From Rhodothermales bacterium (lineage in GTDB: Bacteria; Bacteroidota; Rhodothermia; Rhodothermales; Bin80), in NCBI GenBank assembly GCA_012271185.1, contig JAAXGV010000207.1:1-39170 (forward strand): a stretch of 39,170 nucleotides of DNA, in the 5' to 3' direction. Shown in pieces: positions 9,000 through 18,749 of the stretch; positions within the stretch are counted from its first letter, which is position 1, and every line of letters begins with the position of its first letter. Position numbers and translations under genes: made by a program. The notes below the pieces were generated by a model that worked only from the letters and a program-made list of their open reading frames with translations, searched no databases and was not told where the DNA came from.

Positions 9000-11900
9000 C
9001 CGAGGCGCTCAAAGTAGTTCCATGCCACCTTGTAGTCTTCTTCGCGATCGCACCGGTCGAAGGGTGCATGGAGCTCAACGGTTCGCTCCCTGGGTCCGCC
9101 TGGCAGGGTATCGTCCATGAATGTGCAGGTCACAGTGCCGTGCTTCATATCCCGTACATCCTCCCAGCCCAGGGCGATATTGGTGCTTTCGCCTTTGATG
9201 CCGTAGCCTGTGTCGCCGCGCTTCTTTCTTCGAGGCAGGTAGCCCATCCCTTTCTTGCTTGAAAACACGCATCGCCCCCCCGCGTCGTACCAGGTATCAT
9301 GCTCGTACATGTACAGCACTGGAAACTGTATCCGGTATACGGCGCACAGCTCATCGAGTGTGAGCCCCAGCGCCTGTGCGCAGAGCACATCCAGTTCAAC
9401 CAGGGCCTGGCGGCGGGCGTAGTCGGTTCTGAGGGCGCTCTCACGCTGCCAGGGGACGTTGAACAGGCTGAAGTAGCCGTCGTGCAGACGGGGGTCTGAT
9501 TTGGTCCAAGCCGCTATGGAAGCGCTGGTAACGGATACGTTCCACAGGTCTCGGTAGTCTGCTGTCACGCAGACGAGCCCGAACACTCGGGCGGCAGCCG
9601 CAGCGCTGAACGGCATCAGCGGCAGAAGCGAGGTTCGCCCTGCGTGAAGATTATGACTCCCGGCTGTTTTGACATAGCCGTCCATGATGATCGTCAGCCA
9701 TCCCTGCAGTGCACGCAAGAGGTTCTGCACCTTCCGGAAAGCGATTGAAGTTACCGCATGTACATGAGCGGCTCCCGGAGGCATCACCGCTGCGATGAGC
9801 GTTCGCTCGTTGTCCAAGCTTAACAGTCTTCTACAGGCTATGCGGTAATAGCCGCTGTGTGGTTTTTCCCAAGGAGTCGAGGGGATCTGCCGGGCGTATT
9901 CCGATGGGTCGCAGGCGATCGTGTAGTTGGTGCGGGGGCGGTACGCATCGGGCAGACGCACAAGGTCCAGGCGGGTATAGTCCCCGTGTGATTTGCAGCC
10001 GCTGTTCGGGGTGCTGTAGAGCGGGTTACCCACATGAAAGTGGGGACCGGACAGGATCCATTCCTGCGCCGAGCCGGCAAATCGGGTGCTTCTCTGGATG
10101 ACGCCGGCCTTCTGTGCGTTTGTCTCATTCCACATTGCGCTGATGCTGAACTGTCCGCTCAGGCTGCGCAGCCGATCTGCTGTGAGCCGCCGCAAAACCG
10201 CATGGATGGGTGTGGAGTGAATCTCAGGCAGCTGCGCCTGCAGTGAGCGCGTGCCTGCCGGGTCGAACAGCCGGGCATACAGCGAGAGCTCTTCCGGTCC
10301 TGTCCGGATGATGCGTTCACGGTGCCCTTCCAGGACCCACTTGTTGTCCTTTGTCTTGATGCCCGGCACCGGCCCGTAGCCCGCATGACGAAAGGATGCG
10401 TCGATCGTGCCGGGATGCAGCAGATGTGACATGCAGGTGAAGGCAGGGTTCGCTTGGGGCTGCGCATACACGTTTATACTGAATCTGACTCCGTGGCCAA
10501 TCTCAGGAAAAAGGCGCTTTTCATTAGTAAACCGGAAGTGGCGGCGCAGCCGGGGATACAGCGCTTCTCTCAGCGGTCCGCCCTTGGCGTCATCATACAC
10601 GCCCGTGGGATGCAGTAGCCCAATGGCGCCTGTGGAGAGCGACAGGGCTGCGGCCAGAAAGGACTTGTACAGGTTGGCCTTCATGCCCTGCAACAGCGGA
10701 TAGTTGGCATTCTGAAAGGCGGCTTCCGCCTTTGCGGCGCCGAACGCTTTCAGGTATCTGCTGCGGTTGGTCGCCTGCTGAAGCCACGCTGCACGCAGCT
10801 TTGCCGTCTGACTTGCGCTGAACCGCTTGGTCGCGAAGCGTGGCTCCGTATCGGCCAGGATGTTCTGCTCAACGAAGGAGGCCTTCTTCCACGGCGGATT
10901 CCCTATCACGATATCAAACCCTCCCCGCACTGCGAACTGGTCGGCATACTCCAGCTGCCAGTGATGAAACCGGAATTGCTTGGACAGCTTCGCTACCAGG
11001 CCCAGCCGGGGACGCTGTTCCTTCAGGGTATCCAGGTCCACGTAACCGATTGCGTCGCGCTCCACAGGTATACCATCCACGACGCTGGTCTGCACTACCT
11101 CGTCCCGTCCGGCCAGTATCCGGCTGAGATCGCTCAGGTACTCATCGCGTGCAGGCAGCAGCTCAGTCTTTTCGATGGGCCAGTATCACAGTGCACACCA
11201 GTAGTCCATAACCAGCTTCAGCCGCTGGTAGGCGCTGGCATGGCCGCCCGGGCTCAGGACCTCGCGCAGATGCCGCTCCTTCATGCGGGTATCCGTGCGT
11301 CGCGTATATGCACGATCCTTGTCCGGATAGATGGCAAACGCGTCGGTGGTGCGATCGTCGAGACGTGTCAAGTCGCGCACATGCTGCGCCCACAGCCTGT
11401 CAATGATGCCCGAAAAGTGCTCCAGGAGCACGCATTCGCGTGCGCTGATCCGGGCAGTGAAGTGCTTCTTCCACCGGTCAGCCTGTTTGAGCTCCGCCGC
11501 GGCGATCTGCTTGACGACCTTGCCGCGGTAGTCCATCATACCGGGGTCGCCTACCAGAAAATGGTATATCGTCCCGTCTTTGGCGAACTCCACGTCTTCC
11601 GGAGGCTGTTTCCACCATCTGCCCTGCATCAGCTGATCCTCGGAATACACGCGGCGCCACGCTCCCACGAGTGAGTTGCCGCACTTGAGCTGGTTGCCGA
11701 ACCAGGGCACAAAGCCGTCCGGAACCAGCGTGTTAAGCCACAGAGATACCCCGCCCAGCTCCACCGCGATAGGGTTCAGGTCAACGCCATACGCGTTGTT
11801 GTCCGCCAGATACATCTTCACGCGCTGCAGCTCTTGGGCATACCGCTCAGCGGACAGGGATTCGCCCCGCTCGCGGGTCTTGCGCCGCAGATATGCCTCC

Positions 11901-13564
11901 GCGAGCTGCGAAACCGCTTCATTCAGGAATGCGGCTGAGCCCATCGCAGGCTCGCAGACGGTGAGGTCCAGAATCTCGTCTGCGGACAGGCCGTGCAGCA
12001 CCTCCTCCAGGGCATGCTGTACCACACACTGGGTGAGAGACTCCGGTGTATAGTAAGAGGCGGACTCCTCGCGTGCGCGACTCGTCAGGCGGTATATGAA
12101 CGAGCCCTTCCTGTGGCAGACCAGCCGGCCGCCGCTGTCATACACGCGCTCCTCCTCATCGTAATGCGCTTCCAGCGCCGCCGCGTTCACGAAGTATGTG
12201 GGCGAGAGCATATCCGGGTACGTGCCGCGCTTTTTGACCTCGTACAGGTCTTCTTGTGCAATGAAGCCCTGATAGCTCAGCAGGGCCTCGTAGACCTCGC
12301 CCAGGTGGTTGACCCCGAGCTGCGCATACGAGATGCGGCCCTTCCGGCCCGGATAGCCCTCATGGCCAAGGGACATCATCCGGATGATCCGCTGCCATAC
12401 CCGGTTGCGGATGCGGATCGAGTTCAAGAGCGGTGTCTCCTTCGGGTCAAACAGGCTGCATTGCAGGGGTGCTATGCTGAATGTGTCCTCGCTTCCCTCC
12501 ATGGTACGCTGCCGGCCCTCCTCCTGCCTGCCGGCAAACACCAGCTTGAAAAGCCTCAGCAGCGATTCGTGCAGGAAGTACCCTTCCGAGCTGTCACCCT
12601 CCTCCAGGGATACCATCTCCAGGTCACGCAGCAGCTCCAGGCTGTATCCCTCGCGGTACAGTATGGCGTTCATGGGGAGGTACCCGAGCTCCTGGCGCGA
12701 CTCCACCGTGAAAAGGAACAGCATCCGGTACATGTAGCGCAGGCACTCAAACGACAGTGCCTTCTCATCCACGCTGGTGGCTTGGCGTCGCGCCGTGCGA
12801 CGATAATGCAGGAACTCATTGCCCAGGAGCTCCACGGCTTCCCGGAGCGCATACTTGAGGCTGCCGGACACGCCTTGCGCATGCGCTTTGGACCGCTGAT
12901 CGATACGGTCAAGCTCAGAGGTCAGGCCACTGGCCGGGCAGAGGCTGTCCCGGCTCAGCAGCATCGCCACAAGCTGGAAGGTGCTGATGGGTGTGCGACG
13001 GTTGAAGAGCTCCGCCCAGTCAACACGGAGCGCCCGGTGCCCGGACCACTTGGTCCGGTCCAGCAGCACAAAGACGTGCAGCGAAACGATAAGCAGCCAG
13101 CGCGGCGGCGCGTCACAGAAGAAGGCCTCCCCAACCAGCCGCTCCAGCGTGGCGCCCTCTGCTGCAAGCTGCATGATGTCGTCCCCGGTATGGGCGCCGT
13201 CCAGTGCCTCCACTATCCACAGGTAGGGTCGACTTTCCCGCTCTACCTGCCCCAGCCGTGTGAGTGTGCCGCTGTTCAGGTGCGCGGTCGAGATCTCCGG
13301 ATTGTAGCCCAGAGCACCCAGAAGAGGCCACACATGGCGCCGCTGGATCTGCAGCCGCTCCGGTGCGCGGGCCCGCCGGAAATCCTCGCGGTGCTCCAGG
13401 AACTGGCGAGCCATACGCTGGAGCATGACCCAGCGGGGGGTCTCCCCATTCACCGGGCGCCTGGCTTTGACCCACTGCTTCAGGTCCTTCTCCAGGATCA
13501 CCTGCAGATAGTGGTCCGAGTAGAACTCGTTCTCATTCCTGATGCCGGTCAGGTCCAAGGCCAT
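8996..13564 (-). pseudogene. Large N6-adenine DNA methyltransferase (Eco57I/DrmMI-like, ~1520 codons) interrupted by one in-frame TGA at 11186-11188
   Basis: ORF 11186..13564 has YYTP and motif I EPAMGSAAF; ORF 8996..11095 has motif IV GNPPW and a likely target-recognition region. Both are in the same frame, and the gap reads MDYWCAL*YWPIEKTELLPARDEYL...VQTSVVDG. Confidence 0.88.
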
Positions 13565-13568
13565 GCCG

Positions 13569-16394
13569 CTACCCTCCAGCCAGCACGGCGACTACCTGCA
13601 TGTAGGGGGTTTCCTCTATGTGCATGGTGTCATGGATCCATTGCCGGTATGTGTTAAACTTCTCTTCTACTCTGCGCAGCGCATGCACCCTCCGGCCTGT
13701 TGTGAGCTGATCCTCGGCCATGAAGCGCTCTCCGACATGCGTCTCGTGGCGAGCCTTAAGGTGCTTGAGGTCCGCGAGGTGCGACTGTAGCTTCGGATCG
13801 AGCTCGGATACAAACCTGTCGCGCTCTGCGCGTACAAATTCCGCAGCCTGTTCGACAGCGTCCGGGAGCATGCGGCGTGCAACCTCAATGGCCTGCTGTT
13901 CACAGCCTGCGTTTGCCAGCCTGCTCGACTGCAGGGCCGCAAATTCCGGTGATCCTTGAAGGCGCTCAACGTGGAAGACCCCGCCTGTGGCCCGGACCAC
14001 GCACCACTCCTGGAACACGGTGCGCCCCTTGCGATTCGGATAGGAGATCGAGATGATGTAAGAGATGGCCTGTGCATTGGCACTCGGCAGCGCGATGACC
14101 GGCGCTTCCAGGCGCCTGAACGATGCGCGCACCTTGTCGGTCGCCCAGTCCATCAGCGGGTGCAGCGGCCACAGATAGTGCATTTGCGGCCACGTTTCTT
14201 CGGTTGCACGGGCGGCCCTGATGCCTGCCATCATGACCTTGGGCTGCGCAGTTAAATCAAAAATGTTGTGCTTCGGCCGGGCTTCGCGCGGCAGCGTATC
14301 TGTCACGTTCTGCAGGGCGTTGGAAGCCGTGAGCTGAATGCGCTGTTCGTGGTCCCACATACGCAGCTCAAAGTCCAGCGAGTCGCCTTTGATGCGTGTT
14401 AGGGCGGACTTCAGGTAGTCATAATCCGATGCATACAGCGACGGCATGGAGCGTGTGCTGTGGACTGAAGGCTGGGTGCCTGTCCCGAGCAGCGCAGCAA
14501 CCGGATCGAAAGGGTCCTCTTCCTGCTCGCAGGTGAACAGCCCTCCGGTGGAAGTAGTGCCCTCAATGACATCGCGAACCCTCAGCTCCTCCTTTTGCGC
14601 ATCGTACAGCCCCATCAGGATGGCGGGGTCTCCGATGTTCTTGTGTGCCTGCTGCTCCTTCTCGACGAGAATCTTGAGGATGCGCTGGTCATCCCTGAAC
14701 TTCTTTGCCGAGCAGCTGGTCACCAGGTACACAATCTGCGGCTTGCGCTCCTGCCCATACCGGTCTATGCGCCCATTGCGCTGCTGCAGCGTCATGAGCG
14801 ACCACGGGATATCAAAGTGGATAAGCCTGCGACAGTGGTAGTGCAGGTTCAGTCCTTCTGAGCCCACGTCCGATGAGAGCAGCAGCCGCACCGGCGACCG
14901 GTCGCTGCCGAATGCTTCCACGATCTCCTGCTGATCCACATCCTTCATCGTCCCTTTGAGCACGCGGACAGTGTTAGGCCCAAGTTGCAGGTCAGCCTTC
15001 AGGCGCTCATGCAAGAAGTCAAGCGTCGCGATACGTTCCGTGAAGATGACGACCCGATCATGCGGATCCCGAATGTCCCAGCTCCAGTGCCTGAACACCT
15101 TCAGGAGGCGCTGATACTTGGAAAAGGTGTCGGGCCGGACGTGCCCGAGCCGGTCGGCGATGCGCTGGAGAAGGCCCGTGGCTTTGGGCCCTTTGCCTTG
15201 CTTCCGGAGCTTTGTGATGCGGGCCTGTATGGTTTCCAGGCAGGCCGCCGGTGACGACAGCACGGCTTTTTCCAGCACGGTTCGCAGCAGCCATCCGTTG
15301 CCCACCCTGGCAGAGAGCTGCTCGTTTGTGGTGTCTGCCAGCGCCGAAAAGACGGCTTCTTCGGCCTTCGAAGCCTCAGTCGGCAGGATATGGGTGTCGC
15401 GCTCCTTAAAGGCCGCCGCGACTTCGTGCCGGATATCTTTCTTGAAGCGGCGCACAAACAGGTTCTTACCTTTCAGGTCTTCTCTGGTGTACTGATCCGG
15501 GTTGGCTATGGCTGTCGGGTCCAGCATGCTCATGAGGTTGGCGAAGCTGCGTGCCCGTCCGTCGTGCGGTGTCGCACTCAGCATGATGAGTGCATCGGAG
15601 CGGTCTGCCAGGATCTCCGCCAGCTGATTTCGCAGCGACCGGGTGCCCCGGTTGGCCACGTTCTGGGCTTCATCGATCACGATGATATCCCAGTAGGCCT
15701 GCTCAACGAAGACGCGGTAGTCTGCTGCTAACTTGAGCGTGTCGATCGAGATGATCGACTTATCAAAGTGATTAAAGGGGTTGTGTCCTACCGGAATCTG
15801 GTTACGCACGCGCTGTATACCTGCAGAGTCCAGCCGTACCAGCGGGATCGCAAAGCGGGTCCACAGCTCTTTCTGAAACTGCATGAGCATGCTCTTGAGC
15901 GTCACCACGAGGATGCGCCGTCCGCGTCCGCGCCGCATCAGCTCCGCAATGAGGATGCCCGCTTCCAGCGTCTTGCCCAGTCCGGTGCCGTCTGCAATCA
16001 GTATCCTGGGCCGGGGCTGCTGCAGCGCCAGCACCGCAGGCAGACGCTGATAGGGAACGTTATCCATAGCGCCGCGATGTCCCAGATACAGGTGTTCGTC
16101 GGTAGGGGGCGTGGCGCGCAGCTGACTTTCTATGTGAAGCTTGGCTGCCAGATAGCCTGGCGATTCATCGTGAACCAGCCTCACCTTCTTCGGATCGACT
16201 TCGGCGAACTTCTCTAGCTCTGTCAGGAACTTCCAGTCGCAATCCCGGACCAGCGGGCTTACGCCGGTGACTGACAGTATGTAATGGCCATCAAAGGTGC
16301 GATCGGCACGGCGCACGATCCACTCTTCGCCTCGGATTTCCAGCCGTGCCCCCGGTGCAGGCGGTCGCTCTATTGCAGAACTCATACGTAGCAT
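13569..16394 (-). CDS. SNF2-family helicase (DrmD-like), first gene of the defence operon
   Basis: ADGTGLGKT, DEAQ, SATPH, SEGLNL and QRNGRIDRYGQ motifs. It stops 4 nt before the methyltransferase ATG, with GGAGG in its last codons. The start may be 16385. Confidence 0.9.
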   Translation of the reverse strand: MLRMSSAIERPPAPGARLEIRGEEWIVRRADRTFDGHYILSVTGVSPLVRDCDWKFLTELEKFAEVDPKKVRLVHDESPGYLAAKLHIESQLRATPPTDEHLYLGHRGAMDNVPYQRLPAVLALQQPRPRILIADGTGLGKTLEAGILIAELMRRGRGRRILVVTLKSMLMQFQKELWTRFAIPLVRLDSAGIQRVRNQIPVGHNPFNHFDKSIISIDTLKLAADYRVFVEQAYWDIIVIDEAQNVANRGTRSLRNQLAEILADRSDALIMLSATPHDGRARSFANLMSMLDPTAIANPDQYTREDLKGKNLFVRRFKKDIRHEVAAAFKERDTHILPTEASKAEEAVFSALADTTNEQLSARVGNGWLLRTVLEKAVLSSPAACLETIQARITKLRKQGKGPKATGLLQRIADRLGHVRPDTFSKYQRLLKVFRHWSWDIRDPHDRVVIFTERIATLDFLHERLKADLQLGPNTVRVLKGTMKDVDQQEIVEAFGSDRSPVRLLLSSDVGSEGLNLHYHCRRLIHFDIPWSLMTLQQRNGRIDRYGQERKPQIVYLVTSCSAKKFRDDQRILKILVEKEQQAHKNIGDPAILMGLYDAQKEELRVRDVIEGTTSTGGLFTCEQEEDPFDPVAALLGTGTQPSVHSTRSMPSLYASDYDYLKSALTRIKGDSLDFELRMWDHEQRIQLTASNALQNVTDTLPREARPKHNIFDLTAQPKVMMAGIRAARATEETWPQMHYLWPLHPLMDWATDKVRASFRRLEAPVIALPSANAQAISYIISISYPNRKGRTVFQEWCVVRATGGVFHVERLQGSPEFAALQSSRLANAGCEQQAIEVARRMLPDAVEQAAEFVRAERDRFVSELDPKLQSHLADLKHLKARHETHVGERFMAEDQLTTGRRVHALRRVEEKFNTYRQWIHDTMHIEETPYMQVVAVLAGG

Positions 16395-16458
16395 TGTTCA
16401 CATTCATAATACTACTCTCCGTCTCAACTGTATTTCTGCCTCGCCGCTGATATTTACC

Positions 16459-16503
16459 CGTCAGGCAGCGGGCGGGTTCAGCTTGATCGTCCGCTGCCTG
16501 ACG
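16459..16503. promoter_or_regulatory. Inverted repeat upstream of the defence operon
   Basis: CGTCAGGCAGCGG (16459-16471) and CCGCTGCCTGACG (16491-16503) are a perfect 13-bp inverted repeat, extendable by G-T pairs. There is no U-tract on either side; function is inferred. Confidence 0.45.
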
Positions 16504-16855
16504 ACCGGTTCACCTGCGTACAGCCGCCGGCCGCACGGCAAGCCTTCTCGGGTCCACACTTGGGAGATCAAGCTCCCTGATCATTTCCTCTTGCCGAGCA
16601 CGTTGTTCTCCGGCAGCGCGTGCGACCAGGCTTACCTCTTAGCCGATCCCGGCAAGTCTGTGGTACTGTTACACAGCAACCTTCGCGTCTCTCGAAGCCA
16701 TGCCCGCGATTGCGGAGCGGAAGCATTTTTCGCGCCAGTCTGCCGCTGCTCCCACCTGAAGGTGCCTGAGTCCAAGTGAGGCACCAGTCGCAAAACAAGA
16801 CGATGGCCTTGCCTGCCCTGTCAAGCAAGGCATAGCCTGCGTTTCCGGTGATCGG

Positions 16856-17062
16856 TCAAGCTGGCGTATCCGGTTTCTGTGGAAGAAACCAGGGGGTCAT
16901 GCGTCCTTCTATCCGCGCAAGGCGTTCAGACACGTCCGCGATGCGTCTGTCAAGGCGTTCTGATACGTCAGTGATGCGCCTGTTCAGAGTGGTATACAGT
17001 CCTCCAATGGCCAACAAAATGGTAACCGTAGCGCCTACGGCAGAAAGTATCGTGGTGATCAT
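16856..17062 (-). CDS. Small membrane-anchored coiled-coil protein, copy A (68 aa)
   Basis: MITTILSAVGATVTILLAIGGLY hydrophobic helix, then RRITDVSERLD/RRIADVSERLA 11-residue repeats and an RIEGRMTPWFLPQKPDTPA tail. Frame is conserved in all three copies. Confidence 0.75.
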   Translation of the reverse strand: MITTILSAVGATVTILLAIGGLYTTLNRRITDVSERLDRRIADVSERLARIEGRMTPWFLPQKPDTPA

Positions 17063-17443
17063 GGGGCTGCATAGTGAGTGTGGTGATAGAACGCCGTCAT
17101 ACGAGATTCGTTCAGCAGGGGGCACGCTGTTCGGCATAGCCATGCGCTATGGCGAATCCCTGGCTACGTGGTGCGGGTAGCTCACAGGCCAGCCGATACT
17201 GTTCAAGAACGCGTTGACAATGCTGGCGCGTCTGATTCTCTGTGGTCACATGCGGCGGCGCTTGGTCGACATGGGCTTGGTCCAAGTGCCCACGCTGCAG
17301 TTCCCTATCTTGTGAGCGTACTTTTTGGGCTGGTCTGGTGGCAGGTTGTCATCGATTTTCGTGCCTGCCTTCTTTGCTTCGATGATGACGATGGCCTCGT
17401 CTGCCTTGTCAAGCAGGGCGTAGTTTGCGTTCCCGGTGATCGG

Positions 17444-17671
17444 TCAAGCTGGCGTATCCGGTTTCTGTGGAAGAAACCAGGGGGTCATGCGTCCTTCTAT
17501 CCGCGCAAGGCGTTCTAACACGTCTGATATGCGTCTGTCAAGGCGTTCTGATACGTCCGAGATGCGCCTGTCAAGACCCTCGATGCGCCTGTTAAGCGTG
17601 GCATATAGTCTTCCAATGGCCAACAAAATGGTAACCGTAGCGCCTACGGCAGAAAGTATCGTGGTAATCAT
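17444..17671 (-). CDS. Small membrane-anchored coiled-coil protein, copy B (75 aa)
   Basis: Paralogue of copy A with an extra in-frame heptad (RRIEGLD). Confidence 0.75.
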   Translation of the reverse strand: MITTILSAVGATVTILLAIGRLYATLNRRIEGLDRRISDVSERLDRRISDVLERLARIEGRMTPWFLPQKPDTPA

Positions 17672-17871
17672 GGGGCTGCATAGTGAGTGTGATGATAGAA
17701 CGCCGTCATACGAGATTCGTTCAGCAGGGGCACGCTGTTCGGCATAGCCATGCGCTATGGCGAATCCCTGGCTACGCCACAGGCCAGCCGATACTGTTCA
17801 AGAATGCATTGACAAGGCAGGCACGCGCCTGGCTCTCTGTGGTCACATACGACAGCGCTTGGTCGGCATGG

Positions 17872-18568
17872 GCTTGGTCCAAGTGCCCACGTTGCAGTTC
17901 CCTATCTTGTGAACGTACTTTTTGAGCTGGTCTGGTGGCAAGTTGCCATCGACCTTCGTGTCTGTTTTTTTCACCGTGACGATGACCTCGTCTGCCTTGT
18001 CAAGCAGGGCGTAGTTTGCGTTCCCGGTGATCGGTCAAGCTGGCGTATCCGGCTTCTGTGGTGGAAACCAGGGGGTCATGCGCCCTTCTATCCGCGCAAG
18101 GCGTTCAGACACGTCTGAGATGCGTCTGTTAAGGTGTTCTGACACGTCCGAGATGCGCCTGTCAAGGCCCTCGATGCGCCTGTTCAGCGTGGCATACAGT
18201 CTTCCAATGGCCAACAAAATGGTAACCGTAGCACCTACGGCAGAAAGTATCGTAGTGATCATAGGGCTGCGTAGTGCGTGTGATGATAGAACGCCGTCAT
18301 ACGAGATTCGTTCAGCAGGAGGTACGTTGTCCGGCGTAGCCATGCGCTATGGTGAATCCCTGGCCACTCGGTGCGGGTAGCTCACGGGCCAGCCGATACT
18401 GCTCAAGAACGCGTTGACAAGGGCTGGCGCGCGTCAGGCTCTCTGTGGTCACATACGGCAGCGCTTGGTCTGGGAAGCTTCCAGCTCTCGCCGCAGGTTC
18501 TCCTTTATCATTACTGATTTCCGAATTTCTGGCACCTTCAAAGGACGGGCAGCGTGGTCATCATGCTG
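17872..18568 (-). pseudogene. Decayed 5' part of an HsdR_N-like nuclease paralogue, interrupted by the small-ORF cassette (shorter copies in the other two units)
   Basis: Translates LKVPEIRKSVMIKENLRRE versus LKIPDFQKSTMEKENLRRE in the intact gene, then shows indels (1-bp loss near 18480, a short deletion near 18470) and the cassette insertion. Confidence 0.8.
18035..18262 (-). CDS. Small membrane-anchored coiled-coil protein, copy C (75 aa)
   Basis: Paralogue of copies A and B; the ATG at 18262 is at the same relative position. Confidence 0.75.
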   Translation of the reverse strand: MITTILSAVGATVTILLAIGRLYATLNRRIEGLDRRISDVSEHLNRRISDVSERLARIEGRMTPWFPPQKPDTPA

Positions 18569-18749
18569 TCAGGTTCGCTCAAGAGACAACAGCGCCAGGA
18601 TTGAATCATTTCACAGCAGAATGCTGCTCCGACCCGCTGGCTGCCAGCAGCGGCACAGGAAATACTGAATCAATCCACGGGAGTCTTGGCGTGGCCACCT
18701 CTGTGATATGTGCAGTCGCTCTTGAGGTGGCAACCGAGTGCTGTCACAA

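Larger units (their letters stand above)
16799..18568. repeat. Three diverged tandem units of ~590 bp (decayed nuclease fragment plus inserted small-ORF cassette)
   Basis: Units at ~16799-17274 (truncated on the left), 17275-17871 and 17872-18568. Small-ORF stop codons at 16856, 17444 and 18035 give spacings of 588 and 591. The flanks align by eye to 19582-19979. Confidence 0.92.

Noticed and set aside
11186-11188. Genome-wide UGA=Trp recoding
   Set aside because: Intact genes such as ahcY, rnd and the NUDIX gene end at TGA at the expected positions, and Trp is encoded by TGG elsewhere.
11993-13657. 554-aa plus-strand ORF and other long antisense ORFs
   Set aside because: No recognisable motifs; they lie opposite well-supported genes, as expected in GC-rich DNA.
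16848-18380. Plus-strand ORFs MIGQAGVSGFCG... repeated three times
   Set aside because: They are antisense shadows of the small ORFs, and their ends differ between copies because of indels.
16799-18568. CRISPR array, integron cassette array or diversity-generating retroelement
   Set aside because: Units are long and diverged with no unique spacers. There is no cas, integron integrase or reverse transcriptase in the window, no convincing attC pattern, and no obvious adenine-specific variation.
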